Assembly (NCBI GenBank): GCA_051294905.1
Contig: CM119376.1
Span: 15,748,001-15,812,000 of the forward strand
Length of the DNA stretch: 64,000 nt
From: Botryllus schlosseri
Lineage: Eukaryota
Direction: 5' to 3'
Part shown: positions 48,692 through 62,553 of the stretch, in pieces
How positions within the stretch are numbered: position 1 is the first letter of the stretch
Layout: every line of letters starts with the position of its first letter
Notes under the pieces: generated by a model
Told to the model about the DNA's origin: nothing
Database searches by the model: none
Seen by the model: only the letters and a program-made list of their open reading frames with translations
Program-made: the position numbers and the translations under genes

Positions 48692-49580
48692 ATCTATGTA
48701 TGCGTGACTTATTTCCTTTATGGATACAGCAGATATAGGTTTATTTATCGTTCGGGACATGCACTGTGACATTATTTCTTGTCTCCATTCAATATTGTCG
48801 TGTCGAGATATCAGTTTTTCATCGCATGGAGACACGAGACGTAGGTCTTTACTCCATGACGCAAAACGTAATATATAAAGTGTTTATACCAATGGCTTTC
48901 GTTACTTGGTTGTATGTGTTTTCCGGTGTATGCATTGTTGTGGGACATAGGATCTGATCATTCAACGTGCATCCAATATCTCTTTCAGTAATTCGTGCAA
49001 TGTGCATAATTGTAATAATAGCATTGTTTATGACTGCCGTGCTATATGCCGGTTAAAACGGTACATTGTTGTGATGCGTCACATTGGTTCAAAAAGGATT
49101 TAGTCTTATGGCGTTACATGCAATATATTTCGCCAAGGTTCTAATCAAGGATTTAGCCAGAAATAAAGCAGTAACTAAGTGCTATGCGACGTGACGATGT
49201 TCGTTATCCAAAGATTGTAATCTATAATTTCGTAAATAATTCTAGGAGATCTGTCGCCTTGTAGCACAGCTTTCCTTTATTTATTTTGAATGTCGGATGA
49301 GTACTGTACGTTGTACGTAGGCTACACCTACGATTGTTCAATGTTCATTGTTCATGCTTATTAAGCTATACGAACAGCATTATACCCTTTCTACCGATTG
49401 CGTCGTAAATACCTAACACATTATATTACCTACTTTAATTTGGACGAGTGTTCGGAGTGAGTCTCACTTCGAACAGCAAGACCTACATTTCACCAATGTA
49501 GTATTACAATGTTATGAGAACCGTTTCTGATTATTGCCGGTCCCGCACTTGATTAATTACTAATCTGGAAGCATCAATAC

Positions 49581-49620
49581 CAGGGATTTCTAAAACTTCT
49601 AGAGGTTCTAGAAATCCCTG
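49581..49620. mobile_element. 40-bp TIR-only mini element (CAGGGAT family)
   Basis: cagggatttctaaaacttctagaggttctagaaatccctg; arms match 15/16; flanks atcaatac / atcaatat (7/8). Confidence 0.75.
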
Positions 49621-50320
49621 ATCAATATTATCCTGACGATTGGCGTATTATATTTATTGTTTAAGCCAGCAAATCAATGAATAAATTCGCATAAAACCTG
49701 ACTGTCATCGTTTTCGAAGTTGTACAGAATGATTCATGAAGTAAAGTCATAGCCTATAATACCTCTGCTGTCGAGCGTGACTTGATTGGATGCGAGACAT
49801 TGTAGCATGATCGCCTGTATTCCAAGGTATTCCATGGTTATAGAAGTCGCATGCCCGCGATCTCACGGTGCTACGGAACTTGATATAAGAAGAGGCCCAA
49901 GCTTATAGGACTTCGTTACCACTTCTCTTTATTGCCATTGTCAGATTTCATGTGTAATGTGCGGAAATTGTTAGGACCACCTACTGTCCCCTAGCGGTTG
50001 GAGGGTGTTCTCTATTGGTTACATGTTGAATAATGTCAGCGCGTTTACACTATTCATCCTATGAACCTGGGTGCTGCTCCCCCGTGAAAAGCACTCGTGT
50101 ATAATTGTCGATGTATCAACAAAAATAACGAATCGTAATCTACAACAATAATAATGGCACGGAAATGATTATGACAATGGGTGCGAATATCCAAATGTTT
50201 TTAAGGTCGGACACATCATCATTCCGTCCATTAAATGCACAGTTTGACTCGTCGTCCGAGTTAAGCCAAAATACGTAAATACTCATTCTCCTAAACCATA
50301 TTTCTCGCATGTGTCTACGA

Positions 50321-50945
50321 CGGTGGCTCTTAACCTGGGTTCCATGGAACACCAGAGCTTTCCTGAGACAATCTCAGAGGTTCCGATTAAAGGCAAAAGA
50401 CACATTCTACACATAAGACATTTTAGGTTGCTGGTTATTATAAAACCCGCCAGCAGTTTAATTGTGGTTGCTGGAGTGGTACGTCGTGTGCACTGTCTTA
50501 CGAAGAAAAGGTTGAGGTTCGAATTCCAAACCCTGTCCTTCTGAAATGTCAATTACATCTCCAATACATCTAAGCTCAAATCAAGCTGTTGCGTTTCGAC
50601 CGAACACTACGATGACACTTTCAAGGTGAAGCCTCGCATTTCTTAACTGGTCTCTGAAAGGGAACAGCATGCAGAAGTCACATCGATTTGAAATAAATAT
50701 TCAATATAATATTTTCGTTTCGTGTGAAAATTTATGTTTTAATGGTAATGTTCTTTTTACACTCCGTTAATGGACAGTACATTTTGTGCAACAGTAATCT
50801 ACAGTAATATATCATATGTGTATGGTTAGATGTGTTTTGTGGTAGATTTTGGTTTTTATGACTCAGCCAAAAATTTGCGGTTCGGCAAAGGCTAGCAGAT
50901 TAGCGTAAGTGTTCCGCGGCTTTGTAAAAGGTTCAAAAAACACTG
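50321..50945. mobile_element. Old Buster-type hAT MITE
   Basis: Ends cggtggctcttaacc / ggttcaaaaaacactg; flanks gtctacga / atctaaga (6/8). Confidence 0.55.
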
Positions 50946-53334
50946 ATCTAAGACGAAAGATCAGGGAAGAAGGAATATTTCGCATCACCATCATTGCCCA
51001 ATGCCCATACATTGGGTCAAGCACAGGGCTGCGGATTCTGAGTCAAGTTTTTCACGCAGGCGGACAGTCATAATTTCTTTTTGCGAGCACAATTTGTTTC
51101 ATCAAAATAATAGGTTGAATTACTTGACAAGAATAATAACTAAAAATGTAATAAACGTATAATAGCCTGGGTAGCTGTACATGTGCATATTTTAGAGTCG
51201 GATTTATGTGAAGAAGATAGTAGGCAGGCGCGGGAGTCGTTATATTGAAATATCTGGAGTCGGTAAAGTGACCGACTTTTGGTTATGCATCCGACTTATT
51301 GGAGCAGGGACTTGATTTTACTGCTTCACTGGATCTAGGACTACTCTCCCATTGTAAGAAAGTCATAGCATTCGGGATTTATTCCAGGGTTTACAATCTA
51401 CACGAACTATTTGCAGCTTTTTACTGCATTGACCAGTCGATCGAATCCAACTTCCGTGAACTGGTTCAACTTTCAACATATCGTGATGGTTACTTGTTAT
51501 GCATGACAAGATCGGCAATTGATTCGTCGATATGTGACCGTCGCATGGGCACTGCACTGTAAATTATGATGTGCGGTCACAAATTACGGTTGAAAGCGCG
51601 AAACCGTGTTTGGAAGCATAATTAGAAACCGTTTCCTATTGAGAGCGCAATGCCCATTTATGGTCTGCTGCAGTCGCGTACCGGTGTACTTGTACGTGCA
51701 TGATGCACATAAGTTTGTGGAAACCTGATTCGATGTTCAAATGACATCATACGCCTATCATAACTACCTAGGCCTACCATAAATCTGTTCGATACAAGGA
51801 ATTAAATACTATTTCGAAATTGAGTTTGAGATATTTTACAATGCCGTATCACAAAAGAGAAAGTCAGATTGACGCTGGTATGGCTAACGCAAGATGACGC
51901 TGCGTAGTAGCGTTTCAACAACATGAACTGGTATCGAGGAAAATTTACTCTCAGAGAAAATATCCTATACAATGTATATTCTATAATATGCTGTAGCGTC
52001 ATAAATACCCCCCCCCCCCCCCATCTCGAATAAATCTGCGAGAGGAAATTTATTTACATCTGAAGATATGGAAATAATACAAAAAGTAACAACAGGAGAC
52101 GAACCTACATTTCTCGTCAAAAAATACCGTAAATGACTAACACTAACATGACTCATATTGACGGGGTGTCCAATCAGTCAGAGCCAAAGAGCCACATTTT
52201 ACTGTGTGGCCGCGAAGATCCGCATCACAAACAAATTGACAGTGTACACATGAAAACGTCACCTCACCCAACCCAATATATTTAGACCTCCTTTATTAGA
52301 TTTATTAAAAGTGTCACTGTGTGCGTAGCCAACATAAAAAGTTGAGCTCGGTTAGCAGTTGTAGATTTTTAGGGACAAAATAGATTTCTACGTGATCGGA
52401 AGGTCAAATATTCCTTATTGCGTTAAGAACACCAGGTGACGGTACAATGATCTGGTCTTAGATTTGAGGGGTATGGAAGCTTGTCTTCGCAAAAATTATC
52501 TCTTCCGTTATGTGATTTCCCCTTGTGACATTCCGATGCCATTTTGGGTTCGAATAACATGCATAATTGACAATACGTGGGCCGGAACTCGATGCTGTCC
52601 AATGTTCATGGTTGCAAGCATGGTTGTATTAATTACCCACTGTACGCCGAATAGGAGTAGGCTATAGCCTAATAAGACGAACCTAATTGGCTCGCGAGTG
52701 TGATCTCGATCTGTTGTAAATCATTTCCCTCTAGTAAAGGAGCTGGCAGCAAGCCCTAATGTTATGTGTTAGTGTTGTCGTTGATACGTTTATCTGCCAC
52801 GCAGTTAATTATGACTTGTCTGTTTATTAGCGCAGAATGCCCTACACTGCATCAACGCAAACCGGCTTGTGGGATTTTCGGGAAAGAATGCGCTTTGTCA
52901 ATTGACTACACGTATGAATACCCGGCGTTTGAGAAGCTATTGGTAGCGAACGTACGTGAACTTCGACAGAACCGCGGGTTGGCCAGACCTGTTGTAGACT
53001 CTAGTCTAGAATCTAGCTAGACTAATAAAAGTGCATTGTGACATGTCTTGGAAATTTAATTTCCGATTCATTGTAGGATTTCGACCTCGCGACAAAACGG
53101 TGTGAAATTGCGCGCTATTTCTGTAAGACAACGTAATAAAACCATATAAAATACTCGTAGAAAATATGTAGTCGCGTGCCCACATAAAGCGGCGCCTACG
53201 GATTACAATTTTTCAAATAAAAAATGTCTGGCAATACACACACACGACGGCTTGAGACCAGAGCCTAGCTAATGTGAGCAGCTCACAATAAGAACAACAA
53301 CGACAGGTGACTACGTGTTGTAAATTATTTATGG

Positions 53335-56300
53335 TTATTCCCGATCGCGCGGCGCCGGCGCTCTGAGAATTATCTCGTTTCGCGAGTTCACCTGCCTGGA
53401 TACCGCATCTAATTTCGATGACGTACGAGAATCAAAATAGCGGCAGCCCGCGTTGCGACGGCCGTCGGGGACGGTCGGTGTACAAGCGTAAGACTGGTAA
53501 GTCTGTGACGACGGATTTCGCCGGTGTAGCGATGAGTCAGAATTGAATCGGCATATTTTCTTCGCAATACACCTCCTGTCGCCGTGGTAACTCTTCCGCC
53601 GCCCAGCGAAACATTCGCCAGTACGAAAGTTTTTGTCGACAGCGATTGCGTTTGAGGAAATGAAGAATTCTTTTCTGGAGTCGGTGGGGCGGCGTCCTTC
53701 TTCGTCACTTTTGTAATTCGATTCTGAAGACCCGCCCTTCTCCTCCGTCGTTGTGGTAGCAGCAGTAAAGTCGCTGTAACAGTGTAACACGCATGTGTAG
53801 GTTTATAAATTTGGGCGTATGCACACTGCACAGTGCACATTCTGATCGAATACATTTTGTAGTTGATTCAACTTGTTGCTGTGTCTCTCCGCACTCCCGC
53901 GTATATGTGAGGTGAGTGTACGAAAAAAAACGCTTCATTTCTGGATATCTCGCTAATAGTTCTGGGTTGCAGATGCCTTTATATATGAAATGCACTGTTT
54001 AATAAATTTTCTTTTGGAGTGTGCAACTGTGCACAAATGTAAATGAGACTAGGCGGAGCTAGGACGGACGAAAGACTCATACGTCTCCTAAATATTCTCG
54101 ACTGTAGGACATTGTTGCGTCATAATACTCATTATGTATCAACGGATTTGTGGCGATTCGGCATTATTAAAATTTGGTCCGCCACTAATTTTCATCCTGG
54201 CTACGCATATGCCAATGCGCCTCGGATGAACGCTGCCGGTGGCGATGGCAGGATATAGGAACACAATCGTTCGCTATAATTCGTATAGGTATATATATCT
54301 ACAAGTCGAACCAGGCAAATTGCGGCGACTTGAATGAAAATCCAATTTGGAGCTTTATTCTACCGCTATATGTGGGTCAAAGGGGAGCTCGCGTTATCGA
54401 TCACTTATTGTCGTACTCGATTTCTAAATGAAATGATTTCAGCTCACGCAGTGGCATTGTAAAGCCTGTCTGTCGATTTGAAGCCAGGCGTGAGATTTTC
54501 CTTGCTCTTGCGCAATCAGAAACAATATTTACGCCAAGAACAAAGGGCTTACTTGCTGAAAGAATAATCCAGACGAGTCTGCCCGATGTCATTAGAACAT
54601 AAATCATTCATATATACGGCATCCTTGGCGGCCGAATGCAATCCTGTATTCGACAACTTTACGGGTGTGATCTTTTTGACCTGGTTATTTCCTGGATTTC
54701 GTTGTGTTTGCGCCGAGATAGGATCGTCGCAGGCCTCACATGGGAACGCATAACGTAGTCTCTGCATATCACGCCAATGCCACAGACAGATATTATTTTT
54801 CAAGCACTCATTACTTGACTTCCCGCAGCCCAAGGACTTGTCATTTGGATGTTGCGGATTAGTTGCCGGTGGCGATCGTGATAGCTGTCTTTTGTCGGGT
54901 ACGATACTTGGCTTCGCATTCTCTCCGATCGCTTCGAATTTACTGCAAGGTTAAAAGCATTTTTCAAAATTTTAATGACGATTGACATGGGTGAAAATGG
55001 AGACTATAGTCACAGTGAGTATTTTTCCCTTTGAAGCGCATTCGTAGGAACTCCGAGATAGCACAGTGCCTCGCGGGAAGATGTTATGAAAAAGCTATGT
55101 TCGAGAAGCAGATTATATTAAGAAAGGTGCGGCCACCGGAAAGTAATATTTTGATGTCCATGCGGACAACGTAACGGGAGGACATTAGTACACAAAATAA
55201 AGTAGCTGCACTTTAGTCGAAATGCAATATATGCGTGAAAACAGCAGAAAAATACTACAAATGATCAAATAATATATTTGCCGTGGCTAAGATAACATAA
55301 ACGCAGTGTGAAGTATCTCATGAGTTAAGTGAAGATTGAAAAACGAGTCCACAACTCCAATATGGCGTCAGCTTGTGACCTAAGCTATAATACTCCAGCC
55401 GCAGTCTGATTCTGCCTATATTGTTGGCGGTCAAAGCAGAGGTCGCGCATACCCTGGAATTATTGTGGGTGTGCGCCATGCCCACAATTTCGTCATATGC
55501 AAAACCTTGTTGTGCGACTTGAAAAGAGATATGATATGGTTTTTGTACGATGTACATCACTAAGTAGTAATCACTTAATCGATTTCGACGCGCGGGAGCC
55601 GAGAAACACCACCAGCCCACCACGATCGATGAAACGAGAAAATATATGTTCTATTGTTTGCGACCAGACGCCGCTAACCGCATTCCCGCGTTCGCAATAA
55701 TTTGTCAGCGATTTTCGCTAAGTCTTTTTAATCGGAGCGCGAAATTGGACCATGTGTTACTGTATAAATACCTGGGCACTGGAATTCATTGTTGCGCATA
55801 ATCATTACCCGAATACGACTTTGCAAACGTTAATCAGGAAATACAGCAATCTAGCCTAGACCCCGATGTAACCAGCAATCAATTGCCCTAATGCAGGGGT
55901 GGGCAAACTACGGCCCGCGGGCCGCATGCGGCCCGCCACGCCGTTCTGTGCGGCCCGCGAGAGTCTAAAAAAACTTTTTTAAATTTTGATAAAATGCGTA
56001 CTAAAAATTGAATTAATGCAGGGACTTGATTAACTTTTTCTTAGTATATTTCACCTTGATAATTCTAAGACAGGGGTTTTCAAACTGGTGGGCGCGCCCC
56101 CCTGGGGGGCGTGAAAGCATCTGAAGCGGGGCGCGAAGCTGAGCTCAACTGAAAAAATTTTTCGCGCTCCGCGCGATTTTCATCCGTTTCATAGTTGTTG
56201 CTATGTATTAAGTCTGAATTGCATATTTCAAAATCTCTCATCCACAGTCGTAACCTTCCATGCCTTCAAACTACCCGTTAGGTTTGCTAGCATCCTGGGT

Positions 56301-59300
56301 GCGTTTTGTGATATGACGATAAGGGGGCGCGAAATCTTTCACCATCATAAGGGGGCGGGACGTGTTTTAAAAAATTTGAGAACCACTGATCCAAGGTAAA
56401 TACTTAATATCACAGCGGGATAGCTGCAACGAGATTGAGATAATTTGGATCACCAGTGGGATTTCAGATTGGCCACTTCATTTTCATTTTTAATTATTTC
56501 AGTGATGTGCTTATAAAAAACGATTCGGACGTGTCTTAGGTAGATTCGTTGTCTGTATGCGTAGAATGGGGGTATTTATATTTTATCTGCACATAGTACA
56601 AGCGTGTTTGAAGCTAACATGGTTATGATGCTGTCAGCATTGTGTGTCCTGGAACTGAGCCAAAAGTGGAATTACTAAATCTATGAACAGATCGCTCCTC
56701 ACAGATTTATATTTCAATCCTGTTCTAAGAATCGGGCCAACCGACTTTCATCTGTATAGTTTTGACAATGGTTATTGAGGTCCGCCAGCCTATGAAATCT
56801 CGCCACTGTATGTTTCAGACGCGTGTTAGATATCATCAAAGCAATATTTGGCTTGCTTTAAATAGCACATATATTGTCTCCATGTCCTCACTATATAATC
56901 AAATATCAATATTGCGTTTTGGTTTATAATCCCAATTTTATATAGTGCGGCCCGCGAATGAATTCAAATTTTGAATGCGGCCCGCGAGCTCAAAAGTTTG
57001 CCCACCCCTGCCCTAATGCGAGCAACTATGAAGTCACAACCTATTGTATTAGTATACGAGACGAATTACTGTTTCTATGCACGCTATCAATGGTTTTCCG
57101 CTTGATACATATACGAATTGTCACACATTACTTGTCAGTGCGTAGTTGTTGTTATTTGGTGTATCCATGGTGTTTGTCGACTACTATGGTCAGTTACAGC
57201 AGGCCAATTTACTTCATTTTTATTCTGTGGCTGCCGACTTGTAGCACGGCCCACGTCTAGGCATTTATAAAACACCGCTTCCGCGAATGAGATGGCGACG
57301 AGGAGCCCAGACAAACCTCCAACACTTAGATAAGAATACGAGGGTCGACCTCGGTCGGACTCGAAACCGTAGCCCATTGGTGTTGCAGCTGTGGATTATA
57401 CCACTACGCTATCTCGCCACTCAGTGCACACTGCACATTAACTCGGTACTCAAGCGGCGTGATAATTAGTGACTGAACAGCTGCGTTGGAATACGAACAT
57501 ACAGCATTACTTGTCGAACAATATTGATGCAACACCAGATTCGCGGTTGCACAAATTTGGAATTTTTTTCGATCGATTTGAACGTGAACCTTCTATATTC
57601 CATTAAATTTGATTGCCCTCGGCCCTTTTCACTAATAGTTATCTCGGGTTCTATGATGACTTATCGTAGGCCACGGCTACATTATCACCGTAGGAACCTT
57701 GAACCTGCATTAGTATAGTATCACAGCATCAAAACATAGCACAGAGGTGCGCAGTGCGCACGTATCAGGAGAAGCTAAATTTCCATTGAGATCAGCCCGC
57801 AGCATTGTCACAAAGTGCAATGGCATATGTGCGGCCTAAATATACTAAAATTAGATTAATTGTGATGATGACTGGCATAATTGCAATGTGGTTGCAAAAA
57901 GAAACATATTATTTGAACTTTCCGCACCGTTCATACGAGTAATACTCGAATTTTCGAATCGACTCCGAATCGAATCAACCAGGTATGCCCTAATAACGAG
58001 CGCACCACAGCAATTTTAAACCAATGAGTATTTGGTAAGAAGCGGATTCCTGTGGACAAGGTCGCGACATGCTGTCAATCGTTCTAGTTGCCGTTGCCCA
58101 TGAATAATCGCACCATTTCCTTACTATATTTGACTTCATGCCGCGATATCAATGTGTGCAGTGCAGGTATTAAAACATCACATCAGTACGATATACATTG
58201 CCATATCATGCGGATAAGACCAATGCCATGTAATAAAATGTGTTATTTTGGTGCGATTCTGAGAGGTTGTGATGTCAAAGGACTGTAACCGCACTGAATG
58301 AAAATTTTCTCGCAGATCCGACACAAGCAGTTGCTTCAGTCGTAGTGACAGTGTGGATGAACGTGATACGTCTGTACCGAATACTTCAAAAGGATTTGTG
58401 GAAGAATTGAAGATTTACATCAGTATTCATAATAATGTCGAGTCCGACCACCATCAGGGGGGTCAAGATAACGAAGACAAATTATAAAGTATCTCGAAGC
58501 ATAAAACAAACTACTGGGATCACAAAGCAATAAAAAGGAATAATGACAAAATAACTAAGTGCAGCAACTCACCGAGTCTCCTCTTCGCAACCCGTCACCA
58601 CAATTGCTGGAGTTGCTGATGGAGATGATGACTGACAGGGCCTTTCGTGCGTAGGAAGTACGCTTGATTTCATTTCGCTAGGCACCGTTCGAATAACGCT
58701 ATCTACGTCCGTACTGGAATTACTGTCTTCGACGAAATGTTTTCCCGAATTTGGTAATGTGACGTATTCGGATGTAGGGAACGATGACGACGAGATGCAC
58801 GACTCGCTTGACGTAGCGAAACTAGCGGTGTGTTCTAAAATGGCGGAAGTTTCACGCTTCGACCACGGTGATGGTGCGATTAATTTTGCCTGCGATTCTT
58901 CGAGGTGGCGCTGTATGTTATCTCCAAACTTTCCCATATCTCTGTAGTCCTTTGACCTTCAGTATACATCAGAAGATAAGCAACGTTTGAGTTTATCATT
59001 TATTTATTATCCATTTATTGAGTTAAAACTGCGCTTCGTCGCGGAATACACACCATTTGAACGGGGTTAGCCTGCTGACCAACGGCATGAATGATAGCTC
59101 GTATGCGCATTTTTTTCACCACTAATATTGGACTCGGACGAACTTTTATTACTGACATTTTTTAATGAGCGTTGTATAATATCCCAATATATTCGTGGGA
59201 AAGAGGGATAATGTAGTATCTTTTATTAAGCTGCTGCCAATGTTAATTACGTGTGCGCGCGTGACCAATCTATAGGTCTACGCCGTGAAATACGACTAAC

Positions 59301-61113
59301 CTATAGACTCAGTTGCTCCGCGATAAGGTCACTGTGATATATAATATGCGTCGGAATCACCATGGCCAATTGCATGGCGAACTTATACGTTACATGTGTC
59401 ATGCTGTGTCTGTGGCTAGAGCTGAGCACAGCAATTCAAGTACTCAAATACGAATCGAGTATTACTTGTAAGGACTCCGAGTCGTGAGGTGAGAGTTGGT
59501 ATTTTCGAATATGGAAATGCCCTTTGTGACTACGAATTATTTTATCAACGAGAATTATAGTTTCGATACTAGCCTACGCTACGCATGATCATTGATCAAT
59601 TGTTCGTGTTCATTGAAACGATATTTATGTTCATTGTTCAGTGGTGATCGACCAGGAGCATTCTCACAGCGCACTATGCCACGTAGTTATTAATAAGAAA
59701 ACTACGGAATCATTTGTGATTAAATTTTTATTGAGCAACTATATAGCTATCGAATGTTTATAACTGTGACTCTTGGTCGCATAACTTATGAGACGCAGTC
59801 AAGTCATTCTTATTGTGACAGCACAATGAGAGAATCAAATCAGTCGATTATGCTCGGCTTGCGTCGCTATAGCTCTAATTGACTTACCTCCTGCCGAGTC
59901 TTGACAAATCATTCATGCTCTGCGACTCCTGAAAACGTCTGAATTCGTTGAATTTCTCGTCTGGCGACAGACTCATCATTCCTTCGTATCCACTATCAAG
60001 AGAATGATTCCTCGGTCGGTACTGCGCATTCGGATCCAGCAACGATTTAAGGATCGGCTGATTGTATACTGACGCCAGCGAGTCTATCCCTTTGTTGCTG
60101 CAAGTCGTGGTAACATGTGTTCCACCAGACGTGTCGGAATTACACTCCACCGTATATTCAGTATTCGTTTTCGATCCCTGGCTGTTTACGTGAACACTGT
60201 TGTTGTTTCCGTTCTTATTATCAAACGCGGCGCCAACTGGGATCACATCATGATGCTCATCGGCGTCCCCAGCACCATCAAATCTTATTATATTTGAAAA
60301 TATACTGGTACATACTGGACAGGACCTTTGGCATATTACGCAGTGCTTGCTGGTAAACCCGACTTTAGCATCTGTCGAAAGTAAATTTTGTTTGTATCGA
60401 GTGGCGAAGTCTTTTTCGAAGTTTTGCAGGTCGTCGTGAGACATGGTTCGTGTCTTTCTATGCAATGTGAATTCCCCACCAGCGGGAATGGAACATTTAC
60501 TCATCGGAAGTATCCTTCCGACTTTTGTAGTCTGGTTTAAGTGATTCGTTTGATTCTTTCTCTGCATCTCCCCGCAGACGGTGAAAAATTCACCGTCGCC
60601 ATGCTGCGACGTTCTCGAGTTGCCGACGATCGATGATCGCGACTTTTCCTCGCGAGGAAGTACCAAGCTTCTCTGGTTCCACCGAGACAACTTGGCTTGC
60701 TTGAACCAGTCGAGGTCGGTGATCTTTCTGGGAGTGTTTTGCTAAACGTAAGATATCGAAAACATCACTCATATCGATGCTATTAACAAAATATCGTACC
60801 GTGGTCCTTACATCTCCGTTCGTATTCGGTAGGAACACGCCGTCCTTGTCGGGGTTATGGCGCATACGGTTACGTTCACCTTCTTCAGCATCCCCGGCGC
60901 ATCCGGAGGTTCCAACATTCGACGTAGTATCGCTCTCGTCTACAGTGGACGGTTCGTCAGCAGAAGCGGTGACCATAACCCGCACGACTATCAGGTTCAC
61001 AAACGCGCCGATGACGGTCAGCCCGGTAATGATGTAAGCCATGCTGAACCCCACATAGCTGGGATGGTCCTGAAGGCTTCCGTTTTTCAGTAGTGGAACG
61101 AAATCTCCGAAGC
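53335..61113 (-). CDS. KCNK3/9: Two-pore-domain K+ channel, TASK (KCNK3/9/15)-like, 3' partial (P2, TM4 and long C-tail); 5' exons lie beyond the window
   Basis: Exons (minus) 61113-60800, 60741-59888, 58941(or 58956)-58573, 54942-54553, 53773-53335; phases 1|0|2|2|2. [47 protein letters not shown] aligns with TASK-1 [47 protein letters not shown]. The acceptor splits the first Gly of GFG. Confidence 0.88.
55894..57010. mobile_element. Buster-type hAT non-autonomous element in a KCNK intron
   Basis: TIR caggggtgggcaaact / agtttgcccacccctg; perfect TSD ccctaatg; gcggcccgcg subterminal repeats. Confidence 0.92.
56071..56388. mobile_element. Buster-type MITE nested in 55894-57010
   Basis: Ends caggggttttcaaa / tttgagaaccactg; flanks ttctaaga / atccaagg (5/8). 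Confidence 0.65.
57145..57420 (-). mobile_element. tRNA-derived SINE, full-length copy
   Basis: Minus strand: A-box tagcgtagtgg, B-box gtttcgagtcc, non-tRNA body and (aac)n tail; homologous to 43808-44040. Confidence 0.75.
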
Positions 61114-62006
61114 CTGAAAATGAGAGTGGAAAGGTATCAAGGGTTGTTCCACTCCTAACGTTTTGTTCCGTTCCTGATACTTCAATGTCGTTAATAAATG
61201 AAATAAACCTGGATATTACTGAAACTACGAATATGATCACATGATATTGTTTATATTTGACCGGGCCACATCATGAACAGATGAATACCGCAGTCCCATT
61301 CGTTATCAATGTTGACATGAAATATCTGCTCAAAGCATAGTTACATCAGTGGGAATTAATGAAACCGTCTAAGTGTTTCACCACTTTACTGCTCGACAAG
61401 ATAAAATATGTTTGCCGAATTATACCTATCTATAGAGTTATGACTAAGGTTGCATTTAAAGCAAACGGTGTTTAAAACACTTTGTTTGAAACATGTCTTA
61501 AACAGTGTTTTAAAAAAGGCCATTTTAAAGAAATTGTTATTTTTTACAAAAGTTGTATAATTATGCCATATTTCCGTAAATGGTTTCGTAACAACATGCA
61601 GTATGAGCCTGCGGACGATTTGAATCCGATATATAGTCGACGTATATGATATGAATTGGTTGGAACCCTCGCAATCGTCGTCAGTTTAACAATTATAACA
61701 CATAGATGTATAGGTCATTGGTACGGAATAAGTGTTGTGATGATGATGACGGCCGATCGTTAAAATGGTGCATTACGATGTAATCCTGGTTCAAGATATT
61801 TCGGTCCGTTTAAGCATAGTGTGCTAGAATGGCGTAGTGTAGAGCAGTGGTTCTCAACCGCCGGTCCATCAGGTATATTGCAATTCTATACCTTAATTTC
61901 AAGATGCAATGTTGAAAGCGACAAGTGCAGAAGAGACACGAGCTGACTCATCGCTAAACAGCGCAGTTTGCGCGATCATTATCGTTTTCTGTACATTCAT
62001 TTTGTG

Positions 62007-62553
62007 CAGGACCGTGACTGGGGCACCCCAAACCGCACAATTGGAGAGGGGCGAGCTTGAAAAGGGCCAAAAATTATTTTGCAAATGAACATAAATCATA
62101 GCGTAATGTTTTCAAACTTTTTCCAACATATTTCAATTTCTTTTCGCGCTTTGCGCGATTTAGTGTCACTAAATGTCATGCTTACAGGTGCCCTTTTCCG
62201 AGAAATACGCATTATTTATATAAATAGGCATTTCGGCGTCAGCCATTACCGAGCCACGACGTACCAACACAAGTTCAGGCTAACTTGGAACTCCGAAAGT
62301 TGTGCCAAAATTCGGCAGCGAGAATACCGATTCAGTCATGAATGATCGAAAACTCTCTGCTTACACTGAGTAGAATGAATGTGCTCACAAGTACAGGTGA
62401 AAACATCCATTCAACAGTAGGATCTGGGGGCGAAGCCCCCGGAAGTTTGGCTTATCCACTGTGGGGACCCAGGACCGGCGTTTTTTGGAGTGAGCCGGGG
62501 CCTACGATATATCGTAGGCCGCGGGTGAGCTGATGAAGTAATTTTCGGCCCGG
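62007..62553. mobile_element. CAGGACCG-family hAT MITE nested in 61845-63066
   Basis: Both ends are homologous, in reverse orientation, to the ends of 37909-39106; TSD not clear. Confidence 0.65.
62496..62523. mobile_element. 28-bp palindromic micro-insertion (CGGGGCCTAC family)
   Basis: cggggcctacgatatatcgtaggccgcg; flanks agtgagc / ggtgagc (6/7); absent from the homologous site near 37930-37945. Confidence 0.75.

Noticed and set aside
48353-48835. THTHTH / CVCVCV ORFs
   Set aside because: (TG)n microsatellite.
50465-50545. Second tRNA-like A/B-box pair (gctggagtggta ... ggttcgaattcc)
   Set aside because: Single degenerate instance with no stems or tail; not supportable.
54549-54833. ORF starting MGCGKSS, resembling a myristoylation/palmitoylation signal
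   Set aside because: The start is TTG and the frame is open upstream to a phase-2 acceptor; it is an internal K2P exon (LGCGKSS).
57340-57420. tRNA gene
   Set aside because: A- and B-boxes are present but the cloverleaf stems do not pair, and it continues into a SINE body and tail.
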